Of a stretch of 64,000 bases of DNA, positions 21,745 through 30,767 are shown one piece after another. The notes beneath the pieces were generated by a model. That model was given only the letters and a program-made list of their open reading frames with translations. It was not told the DNA's origin and did no database searches. The translations under genes and the position numbers were made by a program. Source of the stretch: a virus; IMG/VR virus record IMGVR_UViG_3300027777_000031, positions 25,864-89,863 of that record; one strand, given 5' to 3'. Each line of letters opens with the position of its first letter. Position 1 is the first letter of the stretch.

Positions 21745-22563
21745 TTATTTCGGAGTTGTTGGGGTATAACCCTTAAATTCAGGGAATGATTTAGCTTTGA
21801 ACTGTGAACCCGCAGCTGTCGGTGCTCCCGCAGTTGGTGGATTAGTTCCAGCACCCGGTTGCCCTATTAAATCATTGATATCGATTTCAGAATATCCTGA
21901 ACCTCCACCAGCAGCTACACCACTATTTTCTGTACCGGTTTTTTGACCTCCGGTATTAGCACCTGTAGTTTGAGCACCTGTTGATGCACCTTGAACACCA
22001 GTTTCAGCGGTTTTCTTAATTGCTGCCGATGACGCGTCGGTAGTATTGTTGGTTGGTTGAGTTGTAGTAGTTGTTGTGGTTGCGTTTGTATCTGTTTTTG
22101 GTAAATTTTGTAATGACGATAAAATACTTGCAGATGTTTTAGGTCCATATTTACCATCCGGAGTTAATCCGGCTTGAGATTTTGTATTTAATAAAGTTTG
22201 TAATTCAACAATTGAAGGGTATTTAACCCCTATTTTAATAGGTGTCACTGGTGGTGGTGGTGTTGTTGCTGCCGGTGGAGTAGTTCCTGCAGCTGTTGGT
22301 GGAGTAGTTCCTGCTGCTGTTGGTGGAGTAGTTCCTGTGTTAGCACCTGTAACACCACCAATTTCTACACCAGGTTTAGACCCACCAATCGTATTTAGAG
22401 ATTGTTTAATAGCATCAACCACTTTTGGGTCTAAATTTCCATAATTCCCTGAGTCAATGTTTCCAGCAATAGTTTTAACATCCTGTTCAGAAATAACAAT
22501 ACCTCTTTTATACCCCAAAAGGTATTTCATATTTTCAATTTCTTTTAATATATTTTTTTTCAT
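21745..22563 (-). CDS. Peptidoglycan-binding domain protein, low complexity
   Basis: IVELQTLLN...LTPDGKYGPKT resembles PG_binding_1. Confidence 0.65.
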   Translation of the reverse strand: MKKNILKEIENMKYLLGYKRGIVISEQDVKTIAGNIDSGNYGNLDPKVVDAIKQSLNTIGGSKPGVEIGGVTGANTGTTPPTAAGTTPPTAAGTTPPAATTPPPPVTPIKIGVKYPSIVELQTLLNTKSQAGLTPDGKYGPKTSASILSSLQNLPKTDTNATTTTTTTQPTNNTTDASSAAIKKTAETGVQGASTGAQTTGANTGGQKTGTENSGVAAGGGSGYSEIDINDLIGQPGAGTNPPTAGAPTAAGSQFKAKSFPEFKGYTPTTPK

Positions 22564-23279
22564 TATCTTGGTCTATTTGCGTTTGCTTGTAATTGTTTTA
22601 TTGCATCATTAAGTTGGTCTGAAGTCATACCAACTTGTTGTTGTGCTTGAGCGATACCTCCAGCGGGTGTTCCTGTTGTTGGAGTTGTTGTCCCAGCAGC
22701 AGCTGCTGGTGGTGTTGTAACCTCTGATTTAGGAGTATCTTGTGGTTTACCATTTAATTTTTCATTAATTTTTTGTAACAAACCGGAATCCATAATACCT
22801 GTTTCAGGTAAACCTAAGAATTTTTGAATAGCCTTAGTATTTTCAGTTGTTTTAGCAACAATTTGTTGTTTATATTGTTGTAATTTTTTTGCCTTGTCAT
22901 CAGTTGTTACCGCAGTTTTAAATTCAGGGTCATTACAAGAATATTTTTCAGATTTATTATTGGCAACAGGTTGTTTACGTTTATAACCATTATTATAATA
23001 CACATAACCTTTTATTATATATGCTGTCGACCCGTCTGATAATTTAGTTGGTTTAACCCCTTGACTAGGGACACACGAATATATTCCTTCCCAATTTTTT
23101 TCTCTAGCAAGACCATCTTTCTTACCAGCACCTGCTTGAGCATTAAATCCAAGTGGATTATTTGGTATTGCTCCAAATGGTGAAGTTTGTTCATTCAAAT
23201 ATTGACGTTTTGTTGCACTCTCGTGAATATTTAAAATTCTATTTTTTTCTTCTTCGTCTAAGAAATATAATTTTTTCAT
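22563..23279 (-). CDS. Hypothetical protein with shared N-terminal tag and PG-binding-like helix
   Basis: EEEKNRILNIHESATKRQYLNEQ; KAIQKFLGLPETGIMD. Confidence 0.65.
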   Translation of the reverse strand: MKKLYFLDEEEKNRILNIHESATKRQYLNEQTSPFGAIPNNPLGFNAQAGAGKKDGLAREKNWEGIYSCVPSQGVKPTKLSDGSTAYIIKGYVYYNNGYKRKQPVANNKSEKYSCNDPEFKTAVTTDDKAKKLQQYKQQIVAKTTENTKAIQKFLGLPETGIMDSGLLQKINEKLNGKPQDTPKSEVTTPPAAAAGTTTPTTGTPAGGIAQAQQQVGMTSDQLNDAIKQLQANANRPR

Positions 23280-23330
23280 AAAATATTTTATTTATAAATA
23301 TCATATAAAAAAAAAAGAGACCGAAGTCTC

Positions 23331-24152
23331 TTAGAATAAATTTTTAAATTTTGGTTCTGATTTATATTGGTATTTCTGATATCCCAATCCTTCAATCATT
23401 TTTTTACCAGTTTCAATTCCATTATAAACATCCTCAACTACAACATATTCATTTCTTGTGTGATAGTCGTAATAACCTATTGCAAAATTGATACAGGCAA
23501 AATCAAAAGTATTCTTTAATGCGTAAACATCGGTATAAGGGTTTGAGAAGTATTCTTGTTCCCCATTGAAACTCTCGTTTAACACATTATTACAAGTCTC
23601 AAAGAACTCACTATCTCTTTCAAATAATCTTGTTCCCATACAAACTTCAGTAACCATTCTATTACCCGGAGCGTCAAACTGAATCCCATAACCAACATTC
23701 ATAAAGAAGTTTGGGTCGGCTTTTTTAGACCCGTGACATCCGGTTTCTTCTGATACGAAAAATGCTGCTTTCAGATTTGGTAATTCTTTTAATAATTCCA
23801 AACACGCATAAACACCACATTTATCATCACCACCAATTCCGGTTGGTTCATCAAAATCGTTATAAGCCTTTAAAGCCGGTTTAATTTCATACTGACTATT
23901 CTGTAACATTTCCTCACGAATATTGATTGAGTCAATACTATGAACTGTATCAGTGTGAGCTATTACGCAAGGGAAGTAATCGACAAATTCATCCGTTTGT
24001 TTAACAGCGTAAATATTGTAATGTTCATCCACATTGAAGGGAATCCCATTTTCTTCTAACCAATTGGTTATAAATTCAACCATAAGGTCTTCTTGATAAG
24101 TTTTTGTCGGAATTGACAAAACCTCTTTTAATAATTCGTAATTTCTTTCCAT
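23331..24152 (-). CDS. M20/M28 family metallopeptidase
   Basis: AHTDTV, GGDDKCG, SEETG, QFD, YHT motifs. Confidence 0.8.
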   Translation of the reverse strand: MERNYELLKEVLSIPTKTYQEDLMVEFITNWLEENGIPFNVDEHYNIYAVKQTDEFVDYFPCVIAHTDTVHSIDSINIREEMLQNSQYEIKPALKAYNDFDEPTGIGGDDKCGVYACLELLKELPNLKAAFFVSEETGCHGSKKADPNFFMNVGYGIQFDAPGNRMVTEVCMGTRLFERDSEFFETCNNVLNESFNGEQEYFSNPYTDVYALKNTFDFACINFAIGYYDYHTRNEYVVVEDVYNGIETGKKMIEGLGYQKYQYKSEPKFKNLF

Positions 24153-24194
24153 AGAGCAAATATAGGAAAAATAATTTGAATATTAACTATTATT

Positions 24195-25556
24195 TTAATT
24201 TATTCTAATAAACCCTTCAAATAACTCAGGTGAAACTAAAAAATTATTAAATTCTTCTTCAGTATAACTTCTATCTTCTATTCCCACACTACCGTCTTTT
24301 TTAAACACCTGAACAAGTATTCTATTATTTTTTGGGTTAATTCCTCTATAGAAAAATTCTCTTCCGGATTTAGTTGTATATCTGTTATTAATTTTAAATT
24401 TAGAATCAAGTCGTTTATATAATTCACCATACTCGTAGATATCGACATATTGAGATTCGTCCTCAAGTTTATCAATAATTTTATCCAAGTATCTTGAACA
24501 TTCGGAATCAAAATATTCTTGGTCAAAATCCACAGCATCTATTTCATAAATATAATCACCCCATCCAGTAATCTCCATATCTGAACCAATTCTAAACAAT
24601 AATTCACTTATAGTTAATGTTTTATCTCCCATTGTATCGTATAGAGATAATAACATCCCAACACTTGTAAAATATTCTCTAAAACAATGTTTTGTAAAAA
24701 TTCCGTAATTGTAGAATGGGTTACAAAAATCGTCTTTTATCATTTGGTTAAACCCTCTGGTTTTAGATTCATTTGTTTGTGAAGTATACTCGTAAATCAT
24801 TGACTCTACCTCATTCCCAAACATATTAAGTAATTTTTGACCTGCTTCCGATTTTTGGTCATCAGTATCTAATGGAACTGACTGTGGAGAAATGATTGAA
24901 AGAATTTGTTTTACCTTTGTAAGGTTTTCTTCATTAAATTGATTAAAAAAATATCCATCCTTAAAATCTTGGGTTGCCTGATAATCATCTTCCCACTCAT
25001 AGGTATCGTAGTTCCCGGTAATAGCGTTGTAATACCACATATCATCATCACTAGGATTGAATAACTTAATATAGTCATCCTCGTCAAAACTTAAATCTAT
25101 TTTACTTTTGAACGGAGCTTTTGGTGTGTATTTAAAATCGTAAATAGCATCGTCAGCATTCTCTAACTCACGACTACTAACTTGTTCACCCTTGGCAATT
25201 TTAGTTAATAACTTATACGTTTCACCAACACCAATAATATCATCAACAACTGATTTAACCTCATCGGGAAAATTATACAGAATATCATTTTTTGGACGAG
25301 CAGTACCATAGGTATTATAATATTCAATCTTACCATCCTCTTTATGAATCGTATAAGTAACCAAACCATTATTTAATTGGAGATTTTTATCTATAATAAA
25401 GTAAGTATCCCCCTCTCTAAATTGATTCCAACTACCTTTAAATTTTTCCGGAGCGTAATACACAAAGGCATCATAGTCCAATGGGTCTACAACCAACCAA
25501 TCGTCATTGTCTAATAATATGTTTTTCATTCCGTGAAAGCTCTTTGTATCAGGCAT
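24195..25556 (-). CDS. Hypothetical protein
   Basis: 453 aa acidic, aromatic-rich ORF. Confidence 0.7.
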   Translation of the reverse strand: MPDTKSFHGMKNILLDNDDWLVVDPLDYDAFVYYAPEKFKGSWNQFREGDTYFIIDKNLQLNNGLVTYTIHKEDGKIEYYNTYGTARPKNDILYNFPDEVKSVVDDIIGVGETYKLLTKIAKGEQVSSRELENADDAIYDFKYTPKAPFKSKIDLSFDEDDYIKLFNPSDDDMWYYNAITGNYDTYEWEDDYQATQDFKDGYFFNQFNEENLTKVKQILSIISPQSVPLDTDDQKSEAGQKLLNMFGNEVESMIYEYTSQTNESKTRGFNQMIKDDFCNPFYNYGIFTKHCFREYFTSVGMLLSLYDTMGDKTLTISELLFRIGSDMEITGWGDYIYEIDAVDFDQEYFDSECSRYLDKIIDKLEDESQYVDIYEYGELYKRLDSKFKINNRYTTKSGREFFYRGINPKNNRILVQVFKKDGSVGIEDRSYTEEEFNNFLVSPELFEGFIRIN

Positions 25557-25611
25557 TGATATTTATTTTAATAATAAATATAATTTTATTTGGATTTATC
25601 CAAAAATGTAT

Positions 25612-25619
25612 TATCTTTG
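25612..25619 (+). promoter_or_regulatory. Bacteroidota-type -7 promoter element for tmRNA
   Basis: TATCTTTG, with TTTG about 20 nt upstream; ends 14 nt before the tmRNA 5' end. Confidence 0.7.
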
Positions 25620-25633
25620 TGGTATCAAAATAT

Positions 25634-26027
25634 GGGAGCGACACGGAATTGATTATTAGTAATAGTTATTCGGGGCACGTAGTGAGATGTTCTCTATCAC
25701 TTAAATCTATGGGTACAACAATTTAGACGGAAACGTTTTAAACAAAATGGCTCTAGTAGGTCTTGTACGTCAAGACGAGCTTGTGAACGTAGCGTAAGCA
25801 AACTCACATTGGGGTCGGTGGACATATAACCCAGCAACAGGAGTCCCTACAAAGGTGTGGTACCTATCCGAAAAGGTACAAGTGGAGGATTAGTTCTCAG
25901 TAAACCAAACCACTCTAAAAATAAGGGAATTGTGAAATTTTGGATTGTTAGCTTAAACAATATCCTAAACGTGTAGTCCTTAATAGGTAGTACAAATAAG
26001 ACCGGAGTTCGAGTCTCCGCGCTTCCA
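25634..26027 (+). ncRNA. ssrA: tmRNA
   Basis: Acceptor stem GGGAGCG/CGCTTCC-A with G3.U70; T-arm CGGAG-TTCGAGT-CTCCG; internal tag ORF 25729-25797; smpB nearby. Confidence 0.9.
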
Positions 26028-26114
26028 CTTCCACCGGAGAGTCCCGACACCTCCATCAAAAGAAAAACCCATCATATGATGGGTTTTTTTGTTATCAGTT
26101 CAAATGTTTATTTT

Positions 26115-26480
26115 TTAATCTTGTAGTAAATCCTTTGATACCGGAGTTACATTTAATTTATTTATTAATTTATCAAATCTTGAATCCATAATTCTATATA
26201 CTTCATCAAAACCTTTATGTGTTTCGTCAGCTCTAGCATTAATATACCTATTTGTTTCCGTATATAATTCGTCTGTTCGTTTAATCTCACCATCTATACG
26301 ACGATGTAGTTCCTCACTTACTCTGTTTATATCATTAAAGATAAGTCCTTGTACTTGTTCCAATTGGGAACATTTTGATTTTAATCTTTTAATTTGAATG
26401 TACATCATAACCACAACTCCAACTCCCAGTATCCCGAGAACCAAACCTATACCCATAATGAACGATGTTAAATCTACCAT
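26115..26480 (-). CDS. Membrane-anchored coiled-coil protein
   Basis: N-terminal transmembrane segment followed by a heptad-like region. Confidence 0.65.
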   Translation of the reverse strand: MVDLTSFIMGIGLVLGILGVGVVVMMYIQIKRLKSKCSQLEQVQGLIFNDINRVSEELHRRIDGEIKRTDELYTETNRYINARADETHKGFDEVYRIMDSRFDKLINKLNVTPVSKDLLQD

Positions 26481-26578
26481 AATTTCTTTTTTTTATTTGT
26501 TTATTATTGAACTGATAATTAAGTATAATAAAAAAAGGGACTATTTCAAGTCCCTTTATTATATAGTATTTTTATATT

Positions 26579-27040
26579 TTAATTTTCGTCATCATCAAAC
26601 ATTCCCATTTCATCACCCCAAGATTGTAAAAAATCTTGTTCTTCTTCGTGGCTAGGTTCCTCATCATCTTTAGTATATTCCCAAGCTTGAACTTCATTCT
26701 TAAATTTATTAAATGAAAAATTAATTTCGTCTAAATCAAAACCTAATTTATAATCATTAAAAACATTTTTCATATCATCTTTAATGTTATGTTTCATATA
26801 TCCAACCATAACTTTGAAATACTTACGTAAATGATTTTCATTAAATGGTTCTCCAATAACTTCATCTAAAACGTGTTGGAAATGAGCGTCTATATAAAAC
26901 TCCCAAGCTTTAGATAATGTTAAAACTTTTTTGTTTGAACCTAAACTATCATCTTCTTTAATCACATTTTTTTTACCTGAGTGCATCTCAAGGATTCTAT
27001 TTTTCTCTTCTTGAGAAATGTTATTTAACAAATTTTTCAT
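26579..27040 (-). CDS. Hypothetical protein with shared N-terminal tag
   Basis: MKNLLNNISQEEKNRILEMH. Confidence 0.7.
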   Translation of the reverse strand: MKNLLNNISQEEKNRILEMHSGKKNVIKEDDSLGSNKKVLTLSKAWEFYIDAHFQHVLDEVIGEPFNENHLRKYFKVMVGYMKHNIKDDMKNVFNDYKLGFDLDEINFSFNKFKNEVQAWEYTKDDEEPSHEEEQDFLQSWGDEMGMFDDDEN

Positions 27041-27083
27041 ATTATTAGTTTTTTATTATAAATATATTAAAATTAAAAAAAAA

Positions 27084-27521
27084 TCATTTCAAGTCTCTTT
27101 TCATATCTCTATCAATGTCCCGAGATTTTATACTATCTCGTTTATCGTGGAGTTTTTTCCCTTTGGCAAGAGCAATCTCCATCTTAACTAATCCGGTGTC
27201 ATTTATGAAGACACGATAAGGAATGATGGTTGTCCCGTTGATTAACTCACTCTCCAACTTATTCAGTTCTTTTCTCTTGGCTAATAGTTTTCTATCCTTA
27301 ACGGTCTCGTGGAATGACCCAAACCCATAATCTGAGATGTTCATTCCTTTAACAAATAACTCATTATTATTGAAATAACAATAACTTTCCGAGATGGAGA
27401 CCTTTCCCTGACGGATGGATTTCACTTCTGAACCAACTAGTTTGATTCCCACAATTAAAGTTTCCAAGAAGGAATATTCAAACTTGGCTTTCTTATTGAC
27501 TATGTTAATTGATTTTTTCAT
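27084..27521 (-). CDS. smpB: SsrA-binding protein SmpB
   Basis: NKKAKFEY, GIKLVGSEVKSIRQG, RKLL, IALAKGKKLHDKR; TAnnTTTG promoter at 27526-27533. Confidence 0.95.
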   Translation of the reverse strand: MKKSINIVNKKAKFEYSFLETLIVGIKLVGSEVKSIRQGKVSISESYCYFNNNELFVKGMNISDYGFGSFHETVKDRKLLAKRKELNKLESELINGTTIIPYRVFINDTGLVKMEIALAKGKKLHDKRDSIKSRDIDRDMKRDLK

Positions 27522-27615
27522 ATGACAAAGATAATATAAAAATTGATATAAACAAAAAACCCCAACCAATTAAATGGTGGGGTTTTTATAATTTTATTTT
27601 TTTTAATAAAATATA

Positions 27616-28023
27616 CTATCTAGGTCCTAAATCATATTCATTATCATCTTCATCTTCATCATCATTACTATCTTCAACAGGAGTCACACTTAGTATGTTA
27701 AATCTTTTAGAAAATTTAGGAATTTTTGTTACATTAATTATAGATGAACTACTTCCAAATTCTGTTGAGTATCTTACTATCACTTTCTCATCATTACTAT
27801 CTTCAACAGGATTTACACTTCGTATATTAAATCTTTTAGAAAATTTAGGAATTTCTTTTACATCAATTATAGATGAACTACTTCCAAATTCTGTTGAGTA
27901 TCTTACTATTACTTCCACACTTTCATTTATTGTTTCTTTAGTAATAATACTCTTTTTATTTGAGTGCATCTCAAGTATTCTATTTTTTTCACCTTGTGAT
28001 ATATCATTAAATAAATTTTTCAT
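27616..28023 (-). CDS. Hypothetical protein with shared N-terminal tag and an internal tandem duplication of about 43 aa
   Basis: VIVRYSTEFGSSSSII...PVEDSND occurs twice. Confidence 0.7.
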   Translation of the reverse strand: MKNLFNDISQGEKNRILEMHSNKKSIITKETINESVEVIVRYSTEFGSSSSIIDVKEIPKFSKRFNIRSVNPVEDSNDEKVIVRYSTEFGSSSSIINVTKIPKFSKRFNILSVTPVEDSNDDEDEDDNEYDLGPR

Positions 28024-28056
28024 AATATTCTTTTAATATAAATATATGATATAAAC

Positions 28057-28090
28057 AAAAAAGGTGATACAAATTAATGTACCACCTTTT
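28057..28090 (-). terminator. Terminator at the 3' end of the large ncRNA
   Basis: AAAAGGTG...CACCTTTT hairpin followed by a T tract on the minus strand. Confidence 0.65.
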
Positions 28091-28091
28091 G

Positions 28092-28970
28092 GCTTAATAC
28101 GATGAGAATACTCGTCTTATTGAGAATCTTCGGAAGCATTATTTTTTCGCTTCTTTTCCACCATCTTTTGAATGGTAATCCTCATTGCCGATTGGTTAGA
28201 CCAATCACTCCTTGAGATATCATCTACTCTCTCATTATTCAACTCTCTTCAATCTTGCGAACTGACTCCGGATTCGACTCCGTAGAGGTTTTTGGCGAGA
28301 ATACATTCAGACTTGCGGTCATCCTGTGCAACGAACGGCTCGTTACTATGTAGGCAACTTGTCGACGATACCTGACAGACACTTTTGCTCTTTTCTGTTT
28401 AGTTTTTCACCATATTGAAAATAGTTAACGTGTTGTGGATGTGTCCAAGTAGAGGTCTGTCTTAGGCTTCATCATCTTTTGGACGAAGAAATACCAACCT
28501 ACTCGGTAGAGTGTCCCCACTCTCATATTTTAAGAATTCTTCAAATCAAAATCTTGGTAGATGTTTGATAAGGATAATGACAGCACCACCTGTTACTTAT
28601 CTTGTCTTTCGACTTTAAGATTTCTCTCATATTGGAACCCGCAATAATTAAGTTGGATAACCTAACTTCTTACTTGATTCCTATCACTTATTCCTGTTGG
28701 AGTTCCCCCCTCAACCGAAAGACCCACATCTCCCGGTCACCCAACCACTTTCTCTAAAGCGTCGCCCTCAATACTGAAGGTCAGATGGTATGTGACTTGT
28801 ATACTCGAGTCCCATTTCTGAGACCGCAAACCTGTTAACACAACAGATTCACTTTAGCCCGGTTTCCCGGTTTATTTAAGGATGATATACCACCCATTAT
28901 CGTTTTTATAATACCTAAGTACTATATGGATAATCTAAAATGTTTAAGAACGTTTTGAGGTTTCCCTCAT
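28092..28970 (-). ncRNA. Large structured RNA, GOLLD-like
   Basis: About 870 nt with no ORF in the track and higher GC; many GNRA hairpins (CCGG-GAAA-CCGG, GTC-GAAA-GAC, GAC-C-GCAA-GTC); promoter TACCTTTG at 28979-28986 and a terminator; next to tRNA-like genes. Family assignment from size and context, not from a search. Confidence 0.65.
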
Positions 28971-29029
28971 TTGTTTTACAAAGGTAAGTGATTTTTTTGA
29001 GAAGTCAAACACTTTTGTATTTTTTTTTA

Positions 29030-29227
29030 TTATTTAATATTTTGTAGTTCCCAATCAAAATTTTTTCCCCTCATAACATCATCTGTCATTAACTTACTTT
29101 TATGTAAATCCCAAATAACCTCAATCTTTAAAAATGGGTTAAAACCACTAATTAATAAAAGATATTGTTCATTATTGTTTGTTTTATTAGTTATAATATA
29201 ATAACCACTTTCAAGTTTTGTGTCCAT
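29030..29227 (-). CDS. Hypothetical protein
   Basis: 65 aa ORF. Confidence 0.5.
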   Translation of the reverse strand: MDTKLESGYYIITNKTNNNEQYLLLISGFNPFLKIEVIWDLHKSKLMTDDVMRGKNFDWELQNIK

Positions 29228-29264
29228 TTTTTTTATTTTTTTTATTTTTTTTATTTTTTTTTAA

Positions 29265-29383
29265 TCTGTGATAAGACCTTAAGATTTACAAATTCGTAGG
29301 TCACCCATTCTTTACTACCTAAAACTCGCACTCCCGGCAGGGATAGTCTGCTGTAATAGGTCTATCTGCTATCTTATCACAGA
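29265..29383 (-). ncRNA. Putative small structured RNA
   Basis: 12-bp terminal inverted repeat TCTGTGATAAGA/TCTTATCACAGA; non-coding; strand assumed from context. Confidence 0.45.
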
Positions 29384-29390
29384 ATAAATT

Positions 29391-29479
29391 ATGTGTGTGT
29401 ACGCTCTACCATTATAGCTAAACCTTGGTCATCACGATTACGGTTGTTGGAATCGAACCAACGACTTTACACTACACAT
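29391..29479 (-). ncRNA. Circularly permuted tRNA-like RNA (YrlA-like architecture)
   Basis: Order: terminal stem, AAGTC, T-arm GTTGG-TTCGATT-CCAAC, looped acceptor-like stem, D-arm TAGCTATAATGGTAGAGC, closing stem. Confidence 0.7.
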
Positions 29480-29483
29480 TTTG

Positions 29484-29575
29484 TGGTATCGGCAGGGTTC
29501 GAACCTACGGCACAGAGTCTTTCGTTACTCCTGCTCTACCAAAGGAAGACGAATCCCCCACTGAGCTACAATACC
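29484..29575 (-). ncRNA. Aberrant tRNA-like RNA
   Basis: Normal acceptor and T-arm; UUCG hairpin inserted in the D-loop; 8-nt anticodon loop AACGAAAG without U33. Confidence 0.65.
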
Positions 29576-29584
29576 ATTATAAGT

Positions 29585-29664
29585 TAGTGGACGTATGCTC
29601 TACCATCTGAGCTACAGCTTTTAATCACCGGAGGGATTTGAATCCTCGACACAACGTCCACCTA
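29585..29664 (-). ncRNA. Second circularly permuted tRNA-like RNA
   Basis: GTGGACGT stem, T-arm GAGGA-TTCAAAT-CCCTC, CGGT-loop-GCTG, D-arm TAGCTCAGATGGTAGAGC, ACGTCCAC. Confidence 0.7.
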
Positions 29665-29731
29665 TATTTTCAATAATTTTAAGAACTTTATTTCTTCTAC
29701 AAAGATAATACTTTTATTTTAATATATCAAA

Positions 29732-29890
29732 TTATTTTAAAAATAATTTTATTAATTGAGTTAATCCTCCCATACAACATATTCCCGCACAAAAATAACT
29801 AAATCCGGGATTTCTACCATTCTCTTTTTGTGTTTTTGCGGAGAATAGGTTTAATCCCATCAATCCGAATTGTAATAATACTATTTCCAT
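29732..29890 (-). CDS. Small hydrophobic protein (52 aa)
   Basis: Manual translation MEIVLLQFGLMGLNLFSAK...FCAGICCMGGLTQLIKLFLK. Confidence 0.5.
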   Translation of the reverse strand: MEIVLLQFGLMGLNLFSAKTQKENGRNPGFSYFCAGICCMGGLTQLIKLFLK

Positions 29891-29912
29891 AATTTTTATA
29901 ATTTAATGTTTG

Positions 29913-29985
29913 TAGTCAGGACAGGACTCGAACCTGTAACTTTATTCCACTACACGGTTTGCGTCTACCATTCCGCCACCTGACT
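29913..29985 (-). ncRNA. tRNA-like RNA with degenerate anticodon arm
   Basis: AGTCAGG/CCTGACT acceptor, TGGCGGAATGGTAGACGC D-arm, ACAGG-TTCGAGT-CCTGT T-arm. Confidence 0.6.
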
Positions 29986-30137
29986 ATGTTTCGTTAATGT
30001 TAAAAACTGATTCAATCCTCCTAAAAAACACTAACTTGCTACTTACTGATATTGGCTCGCCCATCCATTTCTCATATTGATTTACCTGAAACTTCTTCGG
30101 GTTGTTGATTGACCACTCCCGCTTACTCAAGTAGTTT

Positions 30138-30392
30138 TTACATACTCATCATCCAACCCATTCGGTTTTGTTCTTGATACTGAGAATAAGTACATTTTCT
30201 CATTGACTTATAATCCGGTCTCAACTTAGTGTGAGTTGGGTATTTCTTCTCGTGTTCTTTCTGTTCTCTCATAACACGAGCATACGCCTCTCTTTTACTT
30301 GGTGCCCACACATCATTAAATCCACCACCAATCCAATTAAACAAATATAGGTATTCACCATTAACACTTCTATACAATTTCTCTTTAGCCAT
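30138..30392 (-). CDS. Hypothetical protein
   Basis: 84 aa, TAnnTTTG promoter at 30414-30421. Confidence 0.7.
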   Translation of the reverse strand: MAKEKLYRSVNGEYLYLFNWIGGGFNDVWAPSKREAYARVMREQKEHEKKYPTHTKLRPDYKSMRKCTYSQYQEQNRMGWMMSM

Positions 30393-30575
30393 AATTTATC
30401 CGTTTTGTGAGTACAAAGATAAGCATTAAATTCAAACTACCAAACTTTTTTTAATTTTTTTTTATTTTTTTTACTACAACGATTCCGTAAATTTTTGTGG
30501 CATAGAACTTGATATAGTGGGTGTAATAAACTATAATTTTAACGAACTTAAAATTAACATTAAAAACAAATTATT

Positions 30576-30737
30576 ATGAAAAAAGTATTTTTAGCCCTTG
30601 CAGTAGTAGCGACGTTATCTTTAACATCTTGCAAACACGAAGCAAAAACTTCTGAAACTGAAGTTGTTGCCGATTCAACATCTGTAGATTCTACATCAGT
30701 TGATACCACTCAAGTAGACACTACTGAAGTGAAGTAA
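30576..30737 (+). CDS. Small lipoprotein (53 aa), absent from the ORF track
   Basis: MKKVFLALAVVATLSLTS-C lipobox and DST/DTT-rich tail; followed by the CCCCTC-TTCG-GAGGGG terminator. Confidence 0.75.
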   Translation: MKKVFLALAVVATLSLTSCKHEAKTSETEVVADSTSVDSTSVDTTQVDTTEVK

Positions 30738-30767
30738 AACAAACAACCCCTCTTCGGAGGGGTTTTT

